A stretch of 64,000 nt of DNA. Origin: Desulfobacula sp. (GTDB taxonomy: Bacteria > Desulfobacterota > Desulfobacteria > Desulfobacterales > Desulfobacteraceae). The notes beneath the pieces were generated by a model that made no database searches, was not told where the DNA came from, and saw only the letters and a list, made by a program, of their open reading frames with translations. The translations under genes were made by a program, and so were the position numbers. The stretch lies in the NCBI GenBank assembly GCA_020048635.1, contig JAIFMF010000116.1, forward strand, positions 1,825-65,824, read 5' to 3'. This document shows positions 9,817 to 20,557 of this stretch, piece after piece. Within the stretch, counting starts at the first letter, position 1. Each line of letters opens with the position of its first letter.

Positions 9817-9900
9817 GATAATAATTCCTTTTTTTTGAATTCATAAAGGCAGTCGTACCATCTTTCGCCAGGAGGCGGTCTGAGTGTCATTTTTCTGAAA

Positions 9901-11607
9901 TCAGAGTTTGAACTGGGCTACCATCTGGTTCAACCTCTCGGCCAGTTTTGCCAGTTCCACGGCACTTTCGTTCACCTGACGACTCCCGGCACTGGTTTCA
10001 TCTGCTGCCTGACTGACTTCCGTAATGTTTTTGGTAACCTCTCCGGTTACGGCAGATATCTGGTTCATATTGTCATTGACTTCCTGTATTCCGGATACGG
10101 CCTGTGCGACATTATTTGAAATTTCTTTGGTTGTAGCAGACTGCTCTTCAATGGCCGTGGCAACCGAGGTGACGATTTCATCAATCTCATTGATGATGCC
10201 GACGATGGCCTCAATGGCACCGGCTGCTTCCCTCGAAGTTTCCTGTACTCCGGATATCTTCTCATTGATTTCGCTGGTGGCTTGGGCTGTCTGCTGGGCC
10301 AGGGCTTTTATCTCGCTTGCAACCACTGCGAACCCCTTACCCGCTTCACCAGCCCTTGCTGCTTCAATGGTGGCATTCAATGCCAGAAGATTGGTTTGTC
10401 CGGAGATGTCCGCAATGGTTTCCGTCACTTTGGTGATTTCTATGGCTGCTCTGCCGAGTCTTTCGACCTTTCCCGATGCCTCCTGGGCATTATGAACCGC
10501 ATTCTGAGTGATCTGACTGCCCTTGGATGTATTCTTTGAAATTTCCTGGATGGTGGCCGTCATCTCTTCGGCAGCAGATACGATCATCTGGAAATTAACT
10601 GTGGCCTGTTCGGTTGCAGCCGCCACACTGTTCATGTTGGAACTCATTTCTTCAGAGGCTGCTGCCACGGTATTGGCCTTTTCCAGAGTTATTTCCGAAT
10701 TTGAGGTAATTTGACCGGAAACCGCAGACAATTCCGTGGATGAAGATGCCAGTGTTCCCACTCCCTCTGTGACATCCTTAAACATCTTTTGTAATTTTTC
10801 CGACATCATGTTTAAAGATTTGACGAGCGTCCCGATTTCATCCTTCTGATCCATATCAATTCTGTGGGTAAGATCTCCTGCCGCAACCCGGCTTGCAAAT
10901 TCATTTGCCAGGGCTACCGGTTTTGTGATCAAACGGGTGATGAAAAGTCCGAGTAGAACAGATAAGACTATCCCCACAATACTGATAACCATCATCAGCC
11001 TGATTTGAAATCGGGTTGTATCCGAAGTTTTTTTCTGGGCAGCCCGAATCTCAGTCCTGGCCATATCCTCTATGACTCCGAGCTGATCCATTATTTTCCC
11101 CCCAAAATCATCGGCATCCTCATCCAGCTTGCTCATATATCCAGGGTCAATGTCTGCGCCTGCAATTATCCTGACCTGGAGGTCATAAATTTTTTTTATC
11201 CTGGGCTGGAATTCTGCACTATAGAACTGGGCCGCACCTTTGGCTGTTTCCCTGAGTTTTTCATCAGTGGAGGGATAAATCATCCCTTCTTCCGTCTCTG
11301 CCCCTTCCAGAATAGCAGTTGCAAAAGTTTGAAAATATTTGACAAATGCTTCATGCTCTTTCCAGGTTTTATCCAGGGTTTCCTTTGATTTGGAATCAAG
11401 AAGCTCCATCATCATCTGCATATCCTTTGCAACAGCAAACTTCATTTCCATGGCCGCATCAATGAGCGGTGCAGATTCTACCACGCTGCGAAAATGGGTT
11501 TCGACCGTCTTGAATCCAGAAATCCCGGCCAGTGCAATAATGATCGTTATGGCGCTTACCAGAAGAAATCCGCCCATCTGCTTTGTCCATAAACTTAAAT
11601 TTTTCAT
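9901..11607 (-). CDS. Methyl-accepting chemotaxis protein
   Basis: Two TMs, helical periplasmic domain, HAMP (DEIGTL), signalling hairpin [31 protein letters not shown]; ATG 11607 has a GAGGG RBS. Confidence 0.95.
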   Translation of the reverse strand: MKNLSLWTKQMGGFLLVSAITIIIALAGISGFKTVETHFRSVVESAPLIDAAMEMKFAVAKDMQMMMELLDSKSKETLDKTWKEHEAFVKYFQTFATAILEGAETEEGMIYPSTDEKLRETAKGAAQFYSAEFQPRIKKIYDLQVRIIAGADIDPGYMSKLDEDADDFGGKIMDQLGVIEDMARTEIRAAQKKTSDTTRFQIRLMMVISIVGIVLSVLLGLFITRLITKPVALANEFASRVAAGDLTHRIDMDQKDEIGTLVKSLNMMSEKLQKMFKDVTEGVGTLASSSTELSAVSGQITSNSEITLEKANTVAAASEEMSSNMNSVAAATEQATVNFQMIVSAAEEMTATIQEISKNTSKGSQITQNAVHNAQEASGKVERLGRAAIEITKVTETIADISGQTNLLALNATIEAARAGEAGKGFAVVASEIKALAQQTAQATSEINEKISGVQETSREAAGAIEAIVGIINEIDEIVTSVATAIEEQSATTKEISNNVAQAVSGIQEVNDNMNQISAVTGEVTKNITEVSQAADETSAGSRQVNESAVELAKLAERLNQMVAQFKL

Positions 11608-11869
11608 CTTTTTTTCACCCTCCAATGAATTTTTAAATCGACTGATGAATAAGAAAATCCGTGAAATTTTTGTAACTATATACCACATCGCCACTGTTTG
11701 AAAATATTTTTTAATGGTCGCACCTTTAAAAAAGGTTAAGAAAAGGATTGACTTTTTACCGGTACTCCTATCCTAATATTCAAAGGGTCAAGCAGTTTAA
11801 TAAAATAAACGCCGGTTGAACAGCCGTTTAAATGTATTTCAGGCGGGTCAACCCGGTAAATGATGGGGG

Positions 11870-13108
11870 ATGATGATGAATAAGGGCAGCCTTTCACTAT
11901 TTCTGATGATCCTCCTCTGTCTTAGTGGATTTTTCGGATGCCAGGATGAGAAAATTCTGGTTCCCGTCCCTCCGGCAGTGCTGAATGTGGATGACCGGGA
12001 GGTGGTCTTTGGGTCTTCTCTGGCGTTGCAGGGCCATGCCGGATATCTGGGACAGGAAACCCTCAAGGGTGCCATGTGTTATCTGAACCATGTGAATGAA
12101 AAAGGCGGTGTGCAGGGTCGGACCATCCGCCTCATCACCCGCGACGACAGTTATGACCCCCCAAGGTGTCTTGCCAATACCCAGCGGTTTATTATTGAAG
12201 ATAAAGTTTTTGGCCTTTTTTGTTATGTGGGGACGCCGACAACGGTAAAAATTCTCTCCCTGGTCGAAGAGGCAAAAATTCCCCTGCTGGGAATGTTCAC
12301 CGGTGCCAATGCCCTTCGTGATCCTTTTCTCCCGTATGTGATCAATGTCAGAGCATCCTATTATCAGGAGACGGGAACCGCAGTTAATCATATGGTGAAG
12401 GATCTTGGCCTTACCCGGATTGCAGTTTTTTATCAGTATGATGCCTTTGGATTTGACGGCCTTACCGGAACCGAGCTGGCACTTAAAAAATATAATCACG
12501 AGCCTGTGGCCAGGGGAAGTTATGTCAGAGGGACCCACGATATAAAGGAAGGACTTGAAAAAATCATAGAATCCGGGGCCGAGGCAGTGGTCATGATCGG
12601 TACATCAGACCCGTGCGCCAATTTTATTCGAAAAGCCCTTCAAAATGATTTCTCTCCTATCTTTTATATGGTTTCCTTTGTCGGAGCCAGGGAACTGTCC
12701 AGGAATCTGATGAATACGGACACCAATGGGGTGAATATTCTCATGTCCCAGGTTGTTCCCCCGCCAAGGACTCCCAATGGCGGGATATCGCCCAGTGCTG
12801 TTGAATTTGCGAGCCTCCTGGCCAAGTATTATCCCGGAGAAGAACCGAATTTTGTGGGCTTTGAGGGATATATCAATGCCAAGGTTCTGGTAGAAGGGCT
12901 GGATCGGGCAGGAAGGGAACTGACACGGGAATCTTTTCTGGATGCCATCAATTCCATGAACGATTTCTCCCTGGGTCCGGATGTGCGGCTTTCTTTTGGG
13001 TCAAAGGACCATCAGGGCATGGACACCATTTATTTCACAAGGTTACAGAAGGATCGGTTTACCCTTTTAGCGGACTGGACGGAACTTGGCAGGGGTAATA
13101 AGAAATGA
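11870..13108 (+). CDS. Periplasmic (lipo)protein of the type I Leu/Ile/Val-binding family, probably a sensor-associated SBP
   Basis: Signal/lipobox (GFFGC); YLNHVNEKGGVQGRTIRL..RDDSYDP, VGTPT, FTGA, NVRASY, FEGYINA; overlaps the kinase start (ATGA). Confidence 0.88.
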   Translation: MMMNKGSLSLFLMILLCLSGFFGCQDEKILVPVPPAVLNVDDREVVFGSSLALQGHAGYLGQETLKGAMCYLNHVNEKGGVQGRTIRLITRDDSYDPPRCLANTQRFIIEDKVFGLFCYVGTPTTVKILSLVEEAKIPLLGMFTGANALRDPFLPYVINVRASYYQETGTAVNHMVKDLGLTRIAVFYQYDAFGFDGLTGTELALKKYNHEPVARGSYVRGTHDIKEGLEKIIESGAEAVVMIGTSDPCANFIRKALQNDFSPIFYMVSFVGARELSRNLMNTDTNGVNILMSQVVPPPRTPNGGISPSAVEFASLLAKYYPGEEPNFVGFEGYINAKVLVEGLDRAGRELTRESFLDAINSMNDFSLGPDVRLSFGSKDHQGMDTIYFTRLQKDRFTLLADWTELGRGNKK

Positions 13109-15003
13109 TGCGGTATTACGAGCAGGTCTCGTTAAAAAACCAGATTTTTGTCACCATCCTTGCTGTCATTATGATCATCAGCGCCACCATTGCCCTGCTG
13201 GCCCGATGGATCCTTATCTCCGGACTGACCAAGGAGCTTGAACTGCGAGGAATCGCCGTGGCCCATTCCATAGCTGAACGCGGCGCCGGGTTCGTGCTTG
13301 AAAAAAATAACCCTGAGCTGCTCACCCTTATCTTTGATGAGGCCCGGCTCAGAGAGCGTCAGCACATGATCAATTATATCTTTGTGCTGGACCGGAGCGA
13401 TCAGGTCATCTCCCACACCTTTACCATTCCCTTTCCTCTGGAATTCAGCAAAGCCAATCCCATGCCGGAAAATGCCCTGCACAGCGTCCGGCTGGTGGAG
13501 CACGGCAGAGATACTTCTTATGATATCGCCGTCCCCATGAACGAGGGGTTGTATCGAATCGGAACAGTTCATGTGGGATTGAGTAAGGAGCATATTGACA
13601 AGCTGGTTTCTAAGCTCAGGTTTATGTTCCTGGGGTTTATTTCTGCCGTGATCATCATTATTTTTTATGTGAGCCACAGGATATCCCGGCACATTACCAT
13701 GCCCATCACACGGCTGACCCGGATCTCGGATGAGCTCAGCCGTGGAAATTTTGATTTCAACCTTCATTCCGACGAAAACACGATTGATCTTGAAGATAGC
13801 CTTTTTTACAGGAAGAACCAGGGACGCGATGAAGTCTCTCAGCTGGCTGATTCTTTTTTGAATATGATCCGATCCATCCGCCTTTACAGAAAGCGCCTTC
13901 AGGAGTCGGAGTTGAAATACCGGTCTTTGTTTGACTCGGCACCCAATCCGATTTTTGTTGTGGATGCTTCCACCGAGACCATCCTGGACGCTAACCCACG
14001 CGCAGAAGAACTCTATGAATATCCCCTTGAAGCGCTTTTCGGCATGCCGTTTCAAAAACTCGGCCAGGATCATATCAAAGATTCCCTGGTTGCGATCCAA
14101 CCCTATGGGAACAATGAAAATTCAGGAGTTGCAAGAGATTATGTGTATTACCCGAGAATTCTGCATCTGAAAAACGGGGGCCATCCCTTTTATGTCAACA
14201 TGCACGCCTGCCCCATCAGCTATGGTGGCCGTCAGGCCATTGTTGTGGCCATCACCGATATCACGGAAATGATTGAAAAAGACGCCCAACTGGTTCAGGC
14301 TGCCAAAATGAAAACCCTTGGAGAGATGAGCGCGGGCATTGCCCATGAAATCAATCAGCCTTTAAATACCATCAAAATGGGCAGCGAGTATCTGAACCTT
14401 TTGCTGGATCAGAAAAAAATAATCACCGAGGCACAGATCAGGGATATGGTCACAGAAATCAGTGGGCAGGTGGATCGAGCTACGGAGATCATCAATAATC
14501 TGAGGGCATTCGGCAGAAAATCGGATCTGACCATGGAGCTGGTGAGCATGAAAGAACCGATCCAGGGGGTTCTCTCCATTATCGGCCGACAGTTTTCCAT
14601 CCAGAAAATCACCATCCGTCTTGATCTTGCCGACAATCTGCCCCTGGTTAAAGCACATAACAACCATTTGCAGCAGGTGTTTTTTAATCTGCTCAATAAT
14701 GCCAGGGACGCCATCCAGGAAAAGATGGAAACTGAACCGGACCTTTACGGGGATATTCTTGTGCGGACCTATGCAGAGAAGGGCAAGGTCGTGGTTGCCG
14801 TTACCGACAACGGTTCCGGAATTCCGGAACCTGTCCGGGATAAAATTTTTGAACCATTTTTTACCACCAAACAGACCGGAAAGGGGATGGGACTGGGCCT
14901 GGCCATTACCTATGGGATTGTCCGGGATTATGGGGGAACAATTGAGATCGACAGCACACCCGGACAGGGAACAACCTTTTACCTTATATTTTCAGCAGTG
15001 TAA
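13105..15003 (+). CDS. PAS/HAMP sensor histidine kinase (NtrB-like core)
   Basis: Two TMs, HAMP, PAS ([22 protein letters not shown]), H-box [12 protein letters not shown]-box [32 protein letters not shown]. Confidence 0.95.
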   Translation: MMRYYEQVSLKNQIFVTILAVIMIISATIALLARWILISGLTKELELRGIAVAHSIAERGAGFVLEKNNPELLTLIFDEARLRERQHMINYIFVLDRSDQVISHTFTIPFPLEFSKANPMPENALHSVRLVEHGRDTSYDIAVPMNEGLYRIGTVHVGLSKEHIDKLVSKLRFMFLGFISAVIIIIFYVSHRISRHITMPITRLTRISDELSRGNFDFNLHSDENTIDLEDSLFYRKNQGRDEVSQLADSFLNMIRSIRLYRKRLQESELKYRSLFDSAPNPIFVVDASTETILDANPRAEELYEYPLEALFGMPFQKLGQDHIKDSLVAIQPYGNNENSGVARDYVYYPRILHLKNGGHPFYVNMHACPISYGGRQAIVVAITDITEMIEKDAQLVQAAKMKTLGEMSAGIAHEINQPLNTIKMGSEYLNLLLDQKKIITEAQIRDMVTEISGQVDRATEIINNLRAFGRKSDLTMELVSMKEPIQGVLSIIGRQFSIQKITIRLDLADNLPLVKAHNNHLQQVFFNLLNNARDAIQEKMETEPDLYGDILVRTYAEKGKVVVAVTDNGSGIPEPVRDKIFEPFFTTKQTGKGMGLGLAITYGIVRDYGGTIEIDSTPGQGTTFYLIFSAV

Positions 15004-15050
15004 ACCATCCGGCAGGATAACGAATCACCCAAAATAAAGACAGGACTGAG

Positions 15051-15788
15051 ATGATAGATAAAGAAGAGATGGGACAGGAAAAAATTCTGGTCATTGATGA
15101 TGAAAAAACAACCCTGAAAATGTTCAGACTGTTTCTCGATCTTTACGGGTTTGAGATTCATACCGCAGAGTCTGGTGAAGAAGGGCTTGAGGTATTTGAC
15201 CGGGAGAAGCCGGGAATTGTCCTGACCGATATCAAGATGCCCGGCATGGACGGCATTGAAGTTTTAAAAGAGATCAAACGGCGGGCCCCGGAAACAGAGG
15301 TCATCGTCATTACCGGCCATGGAGATATGGACCTTGCCATCCAGGCACTGAATCTTGATGCGGCTGATTTTATCAACAAACCCATTCAGCGGCAGAGTCT
15401 CGAAAATGGGCTGGCCAGGGCCCGGGAGCGTCTGAAAATAGCCCGCAGCCTTCAGAATCAGGTGAACAGCAGGATGGTTGACAATGCCCTGGTCATCAAG
15501 CTTCAGGGTAATATCAGCGCAAAGAGTGAACAATATCTTAAAGATGCATATATAGAGGCCCTTCAAAAAGGTGTGAAACGGGTAGTCTTCCATTTTGATG
15601 ACAGCACATCCGTGAACGGTGCCGGTATTGCCATTTTAACCCAGCTCATTTTAGAGAGTGAAAAAGAAGGCATTGAGATCGTTATGGCATGTGTCTCGGA
15701 TAATTTTAAGCGGGTGTTCGATATTGTCGGGTTGAGCCGCAGGGTCAGACTCTATGCCACAGTTGAAGAAGCCTGTAAAAATAAATAG
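15051..15788 (+). CDS. Response regulator with a C-terminal STAS (anti-sigma-antagonist-like) domain
   Basis: REC: ILVIDDE, LTDIKMPGMDG, FINKP; STAS: VIKLQG..., VFHF..., NGAGIAIL, FKRVFDIVGL. Confidence 0.88.
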   Translation: MIDKEEMGQEKILVIDDEKTTLKMFRLFLDLYGFEIHTAESGEEGLEVFDREKPGIVLTDIKMPGMDGIEVLKEIKRRAPETEVIVITGHGDMDLAIQALNLDAADFINKPIQRQSLENGLARARERLKIARSLQNQVNSRMVDNALVIKLQGNISAKSEQYLKDAYIEALQKGVKRVVFHFDDSTSVNGAGIAILTQLILESEKEGIEIVMACVSDNFKRVFDIVGLSRRVRLYATVEEACKNK

Positions 15789-15798
15789 TGGGGGGTGT

Positions 15799-16359
15799 AT
15801 GAAATCTTTTTCCGTATCAATACTGACGACGATGATATTAATTTTCTTTTTTTCCGTATCCTCAGAAGCGGAAAATTCACAGCCTGAACCCGGCAAAAAA
15901 CTTGTCCCTTTGACGCTGCCGGCGCCTCTGGACCCAGCCGGCAAAAAGGGGCTGGGACTGAATGACAGAGGGGTTGACTTCAAAATCGCCGATCTCAAAA
16001 CCAGCCTTGTGTTGATGGAAGTGATCGGGGTCTATTGTCCACAGTGCTTTAAACAGGCGCCGGACTTTAATAAACTCTATGAACGCCTGAACAAAGGGAA
16101 AATGAAAGGTCGAGTGGCTATGTTTGCTTTGGCCGCCGGAGGTACGGACCCTGAAATTGAAGATCTCATCAAAAGCGGGCAATACCTTTTTCCCGTGGTC
16201 AGTGATGGGAAATTTGAATCACACAAACTCCTGGGGGAACCCAAAACGCCTTTTACCATCATCTGCCGCCCGGACGGCACCATCCTCTATACCCATCTTG
16301 GGATTATTACGGATATCGACGCCTTCTATGAAGAAATTAAAGGGTTTCTGATCAAGTGA
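15799..16359 (+). CDS. Exported TlpA/redoxin-family thioredoxin-like protein
   Basis: Signal peptide, YCPQC CxxC motif, cis-Pro loop EPKTPFT; ATG 15799 has a GGGGG RBS. Confidence 0.85.
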   Translation: MKSFSVSILTTMILIFFFSVSSEAENSQPEPGKKLVPLTLPAPLDPAGKKGLGLNDRGVDFKIADLKTSLVLMEVIGVYCPQCFKQAPDFNKLYERLNKGKMKGRVAMFALAAGGTDPEIEDLIKSGQYLFPVVSDGKFESHKLLGEPKTPFTIICRPDGTILYTHLGIITDIDAFYEEIKGFLIK

Positions 16360-17999
16360 TGAATGGGACTCCCCTCATACCCAGTGATGTTGACCGCCAA
16401 CACTATCATCTTGCCATCATCCGGGAAACCGCTGCCGAACTTGGCGGCATGCGTCATCCAAAGGATATTCTCGAATCATTTCTCATGTCGGCCCAGGGAG
16501 GGATAGGCGCTCTGGGCGGATTCGCCGTGCTGACAGATAAAATGTCGGAATTGACCCATCTCACTGTCAGGGGGGAGAACACCATTTCCCATGGACAGAT
16601 CAAGGCATTAATCAAAACGGCTTCGGATTATATTCTTTTAAATGCGGAACGATTTCCGTTTTTTATCGAACCGGATACATTTTTGCCGTTGTCTTACGGT
16701 TTTTCGCTAATCCTTGCCTGTCCCATTGAGGGTGACAGACTGGCTTTTCTGGGGCTCGCCCCGGCTATGCATCGCCGGGACTATGACCCTGAAGACCGGC
16801 AGCTCCTGATGAGTCTTTCCTCTCTTTTTCAGATCAGCCTCAACTCAACCCTTTTTTCGACCCGCGTGGAACTTTTGAATGCCGAACTTGAGAAACGGAA
16901 CACGGAACTCGACCGTCAGGTGTTCCATCTCAACGGACTCAGGGAATTGTCCATGGAAGCCGGAGAATCCGTTGATGTGGAGAAATTTCTATCTGCATTC
17001 CTGCCCACACTTCTGGGGAGATTTTCCAGGTCTCAGGGTCTGGTTGTGCTTCACGACCGGGCTGCTGGCGTCACCTGGTTAAAGAGCATGGGCATCGAAC
17101 CTATACCGGCCATGGCGTCTCTGCCGATTGACAGGCTCTTGTTTTTATGTCTTGCAGGGGTTCAGTACAAACGGATACAGCCGCTTCAGGCAGAGCCTGT
17201 CCTCCAGATAGAGCCTCTTTTTTCTCTTATTCCGGGCTTTGTACCGGAAAGTGCCTTTCTCTTCCTTGTAAAGGATCAGATGTATGGGGCTGTCCTTCTT
17301 GGCAACCCTCTGGAAGAACAAAAAATCTCGGAACAGGAAAAAGAACTGCTGTCTGCCTTTGTGGCCCAGTCGGTTCTCCATCTTAAAAATGCAGATTCCT
17401 TTGCTGCCATTGTTGCTTTAAATAAGAATCTGGAAGATCAGAATCAGGCGTTACGGGAAACCATTGATGAATTGACCCGGGCCGAACATCGCATCAGCGT
17501 TCTTGAACTTGCGGCCAGGCGGATTGCACAGATGGTGAACCGAAATGCTGAGAGAATCATGCAGATGCGTCTCCTTGATTTTGTCCTTATTATTGGAATC
17601 AGTATTGTTCTGGGCGCCCTCTTTAACCTGCAAAACCCCAAGGGAATCTCCTTTTTTCCCCAGGCCAGACCGGATGGTATCAAATCCATTACCACGTCAG
17701 ATGCGGATAAGCTTTTAACAGAAGAGAACGCTCTCCTGATTGATGCAAGACCCCGTGAATTTTATGAACTGGGTCATGTGAAAGGGGCGCTGAATGTCCC
17801 ATTATCGCTTTTCGATGCTGTCTACAAAACGCGTTTTTCTAATGAAGATCCGGAACGTCCCCTCATTATTTATGGCCGAAACTTCAGCCGTCTCTTTGAT
17901 GAAGCGGTGGCCCGCAAATTTTTAAATCAGGATCATGAACGGGTTTATCTATTTCTCGGGGATATGAATAATCTCCTGGTTCCAGGGGGTCATAAATAA
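16356..17999 (+). CDS. Fusion protein: two GAF-like domains, coiled coil, TM, rhodanese-like domain lacking the catalytic Cys
   Basis: Two GAF-like segments ending ..EDRQLLMSL and ..QEKELLSAF; coiled coil; TM FVLIIGISIVLGALFN; LLIDARPREFYELGHVKGALNVP; active loop IIYGRN. Confidence 0.7.
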   Translation: MMNGTPLIPSDVDRQHYHLAIIRETAAELGGMRHPKDILESFLMSAQGGIGALGGFAVLTDKMSELTHLTVRGENTISHGQIKALIKTASDYILLNAERFPFFIEPDTFLPLSYGFSLILACPIEGDRLAFLGLAPAMHRRDYDPEDRQLLMSLSSLFQISLNSTLFSTRVELLNAELEKRNTELDRQVFHLNGLRELSMEAGESVDVEKFLSAFLPTLLGRFSRSQGLVVLHDRAAGVTWLKSMGIEPIPAMASLPIDRLLFLCLAGVQYKRIQPLQAEPVLQIEPLFSLIPGFVPESAFLFLVKDQMYGAVLLGNPLEEQKISEQEKELLSAFVAQSVLHLKNADSFAAIVALNKNLEDQNQALRETIDELTRAEHRISVLELAARRIAQMVNRNAERIMQMRLLDFVLIIGISIVLGALFNLQNPKGISFFPQARPDGIKSITTSDADKLLTEENALLIDARPREFYELGHVKGALNVPLSLFDAVYKTRFSNEDPERPLIIYGRNFSRLFDEAVARKFLNQDHERVYLFLGDMNNLLVPGGHK

Positions 18000-18481
18000 T
18001 GCCGGGCCTTCTTTTAACCTGGATCAGACATCCACTTACAGCCCTCATGATCCGGTTTTATATCGGGGGACTTTTTATCTATGCCAGCCTGAACAAGATC
18101 AATTTTCCTGCTGAGTTTTCCGACAATATTGCAGCCTACATATTGGTGCCCCACTTCCTTGTCAATCCCATGGCTGTTTTTCTGCCGTGGATTGAGCTTG
18201 TGAGCGGTGTCTGCCTTGTGGCCGGAATTCGTGTCAGGGCCTGTGCTGCAGTGATCTGCACCCTTCTGGGACTATTTACAACCGCCCTGATTGTTGTGCT
18301 TTTGAAAAAAACGCCGATTGATTGCGGCTGTTTTCAGAATGTGGGAGATCCGGTTTCCCGGGTTACTTTATTTCGGGACTTGGTCTGGCTTGCGATGGGG
18401 ATCTACGTTTTCCGATACGACAGCCTGATTCATCTGGATCGCCTTTTCATGATCAGACCTGAGGATCTGGACGGTCTTTAG
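17999..18481 (+). CDS. MauE/DoxX-family redox-associated membrane protein
   Basis: GGLFIYASLNKI, LPWIELVSG, PIDCGCF; TAATG overlap with the upstream gene. Confidence 0.9.
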   Translation: MPGLLLTWIRHPLTALMIRFYIGGLFIYASLNKINFPAEFSDNIAAYILVPHFLVNPMAVFLPWIELVSGVCLVAGIRVRACAAVICTLLGLFTTALIVVLLKKTPIDCGCFQNVGDPVSRVTLFRDLVWLAMGIYVFRYDSLIHLDRLFMIRPEDLDGL

Positions 18482-18483
18482 TC

Positions 18484-19116
18484 TTAGTCATGATCGTGGG
18501 CGTTTTTTTGATGGATCCACCTGCGGATTTTGATCACAACATAGATGATGAGAAGGATACCTATCAGGATCAGCACGGTCTGGACTTGCTTGGCTATTTC
18601 TAAAACCTGATCAATATATTCTCCGCCGAAATAGGAGCCCAGAACCAGCGCCGGAACACTGATCAAGGCAGCCAGGGAATCATAGAGAAAAAATTTTAAG
18701 AATTTTGTCTTGAGAGCGCCGCCTGTATAGAAGATAGCAGACCGGAATCCGGGGAAAAACCGGGCAAGAAAAAAAATCCTGTCATGGTATTTTTCAATAA
18801 CGGCTTTTGCTTTCCTGATATGGAAAGGTTTGATGAATTTAGATAAAAACCGATGATTTAAAATAGAGTCCCCGGTTTTTTTCCCGATCATGAACACGGA
18901 ACTGTCCCCCACAAGGACACCTGCCAAGGCCAGGGGAAGGAAAATCGTGATATCCATGTAACCGGAGTATGCAAGATATCCGCCCGTAATTAACACCACA
19001 TCTTCCGGCAGGGGAAGGCCGAACCCGCACAACAGCAGAATTCCGGTGAGCAGAAAATACAAGGCCACCGGATGTGCCATGGAAGAAACCGTATTCATTG
19101 TAAATTCAAAAAACAT
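18484..19116 (-). CDS. DedA family membrane protein
   Basis: GFGLPLPEDVVLITGG, GDS..F.IG, FLARFFPGFRS. Confidence 0.92.
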   Translation of the reverse strand: MFFEFTMNTVSSMAHPVALYFLLTGILLLCGFGLPLPEDVVLITGGYLAYSGYMDITIFLPLALAGVLVGDSSVFMIGKKTGDSILNHRFLSKFIKPFHIRKAKAVIEKYHDRIFFLARFFPGFRSAIFYTGGALKTKFLKFFLYDSLAALISVPALVLGSYFGGEYIDQVLEIAKQVQTVLILIGILLIIYVVIKIRRWIHQKNAHDHD

Positions 19117-19357
19117 AATATATCCTAAATCGGACCTTAATTAACCCGCAGCAGACTGCCCATAACGGGAAAACATTTATACATGGATTCAGGTTTTTTA
19201 CAAGATGGAAAATCATTAAATCCTGGATAAAGGGGATATACAAGGACGAGTCTCACGATAATATTTCTTCTATTGGTGTATCAAGATGAATATGCTATAC
19301 CAAAACAGAATACCCAAACATCAACATTATCCTAAGTATACGAGGAGGCAATTATTT

Positions 19358-20554
19358 ATGATCTACATCATTATCGGAAATGGAGTCGCCGGAACAACCG
19401 CGGCAGAAACCATCAGAAAACGTGACTCACAGGGAACCATTAAAATTTTTTCAGATGAGGCGCACCCTTTCTATAGCCGCATCCGCCTTATGGAATATCT
19501 GGCCGGAGAAGTGGATCTTCCAAAACTGAAGATTCACTCCAGCGACTGGTATGACCAGCACAATATCCAACTCTTTTTAAACAGCAGAATAGTAGATATT
19601 GATGCTGTAAAAAAAGAAATTGTAATCGCATCAGGAGAAAAACAAAAGTATGACAAACTATTGCTGGCCGAGGGCAGCTACTCTTTCGTCCCGCCCATCA
19701 AAGGAGCAGAGAAAAAAGGGGTTTTCACCCTGCGCAACATCAGGGATGCCGAGGAAATCAAGCGCTTTATTGACGGCAAAACAAAAGCCCTTCTGATCGG
19801 TGGCGGAATACTGGGCCTGGAAGTGGGAAACAGCCTTGCAAAAACAGGGTTAAAGATCTCGGTGGCTGAATTTTTCCCCCGCCTTCTTCCCCGCCAGACC
19901 GATCCTGTGAGCAGTGCCTTGCTTCAGACCCGCCTGGAACAGATGGGTCTGGATTTTTATCTGGGCGTGGCTTCCAAAGAAATCATTGGAGAAAATCAGG
20001 TTAAAGGGCTTGTCCTGGAGGATGGTCGAAAAATAGATACGGATCTGATTATTATCTCTGCCGGAGTCAGGCCCAACCTGGGACTGGCTCAAAAATTAAA
20101 TCTGAAAATCGGAAAAGGAATTCCGGTCTCAGACTACATGGAAACTGAGATTTCGGATATTTATGCTGCCGGTGACAGTATCGAACATAGGGGGATGGTC
20201 TATGGTATCTGGCCGGCCTCGGAAAAACAGGGGGAAATGGCTGGCATGAACATGGCGGGAAATAAGGCTGCCTATGCTGGAACCACTTTCTCCAATCTGC
20301 TCAAAGTGGCCGGTATTGATCTCCTGGCTGCCGGCGATATCGATCCTGACGGGAAACTGGAATCATTTGTTGATCAGGATAGGAAAAATGGCACCTATCG
20401 AAAGCTGGTTATCAAGGAAAATATGATTGTTGGCTGTCTGCTGTTCGGGACCCTGAAGGGAAGAAAAGATATTATAAAGGCTATGCAGGAAAAGAAAGAT
20501 ATTTCCGCAGTCAAAGACCGGTTGGCCCGATTTGATCTGGAAGCCCTGGCTTAA
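19358..20554 (+). CDS. NAD(P)H/FAD-dependent oxidoreductase (NADH:rubredoxin oxidoreductase / NirB N-terminal-like)
   Basis: GNGVAG, GGGILGLE, IYAAGD motifs; GAGGAGG RBS before ATG 19358; no C-terminal BFD or siroheme domains. Confidence 0.85.
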   Translation: MIYIIIGNGVAGTTAAETIRKRDSQGTIKIFSDEAHPFYSRIRLMEYLAGEVDLPKLKIHSSDWYDQHNIQLFLNSRIVDIDAVKKEIVIASGEKQKYDKLLLAEGSYSFVPPIKGAEKKGVFTLRNIRDAEEIKRFIDGKTKALLIGGGILGLEVGNSLAKTGLKISVAEFFPRLLPRQTDPVSSALLQTRLEQMGLDFYLGVASKEIIGENQVKGLVLEDGRKIDTDLIIISAGVRPNLGLAQKLNLKIGKGIPVSDYMETEISDIYAAGDSIEHRGMVYGIWPASEKQGEMAGMNMAGNKAAYAGTTFSNLLKVAGIDLLAAGDIDPDGKLESFVDQDRKNGTYRKLVIKENMIVGCLLFGTLKGRKDIIKAMQEKKDISAVKDRLARFDLEALA

Positions 20555-20557
20555 AGG

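Noticed and set aside
11690-11730. Sigma28 promoter for the MCP
   Set aside because: The TAAA to GGCGAT spacing is 17 rather than 15, and the -10 match is poor.
13132-14100. 322-aa minus-strand ORF
   Set aside because: Antisense shadow of the histidine kinase.
19358-20554. Assimilatory nitrite reductase NirB
   Set aside because: Only the flavoprotein part is present; no BFD, siroheme domain or nirD.
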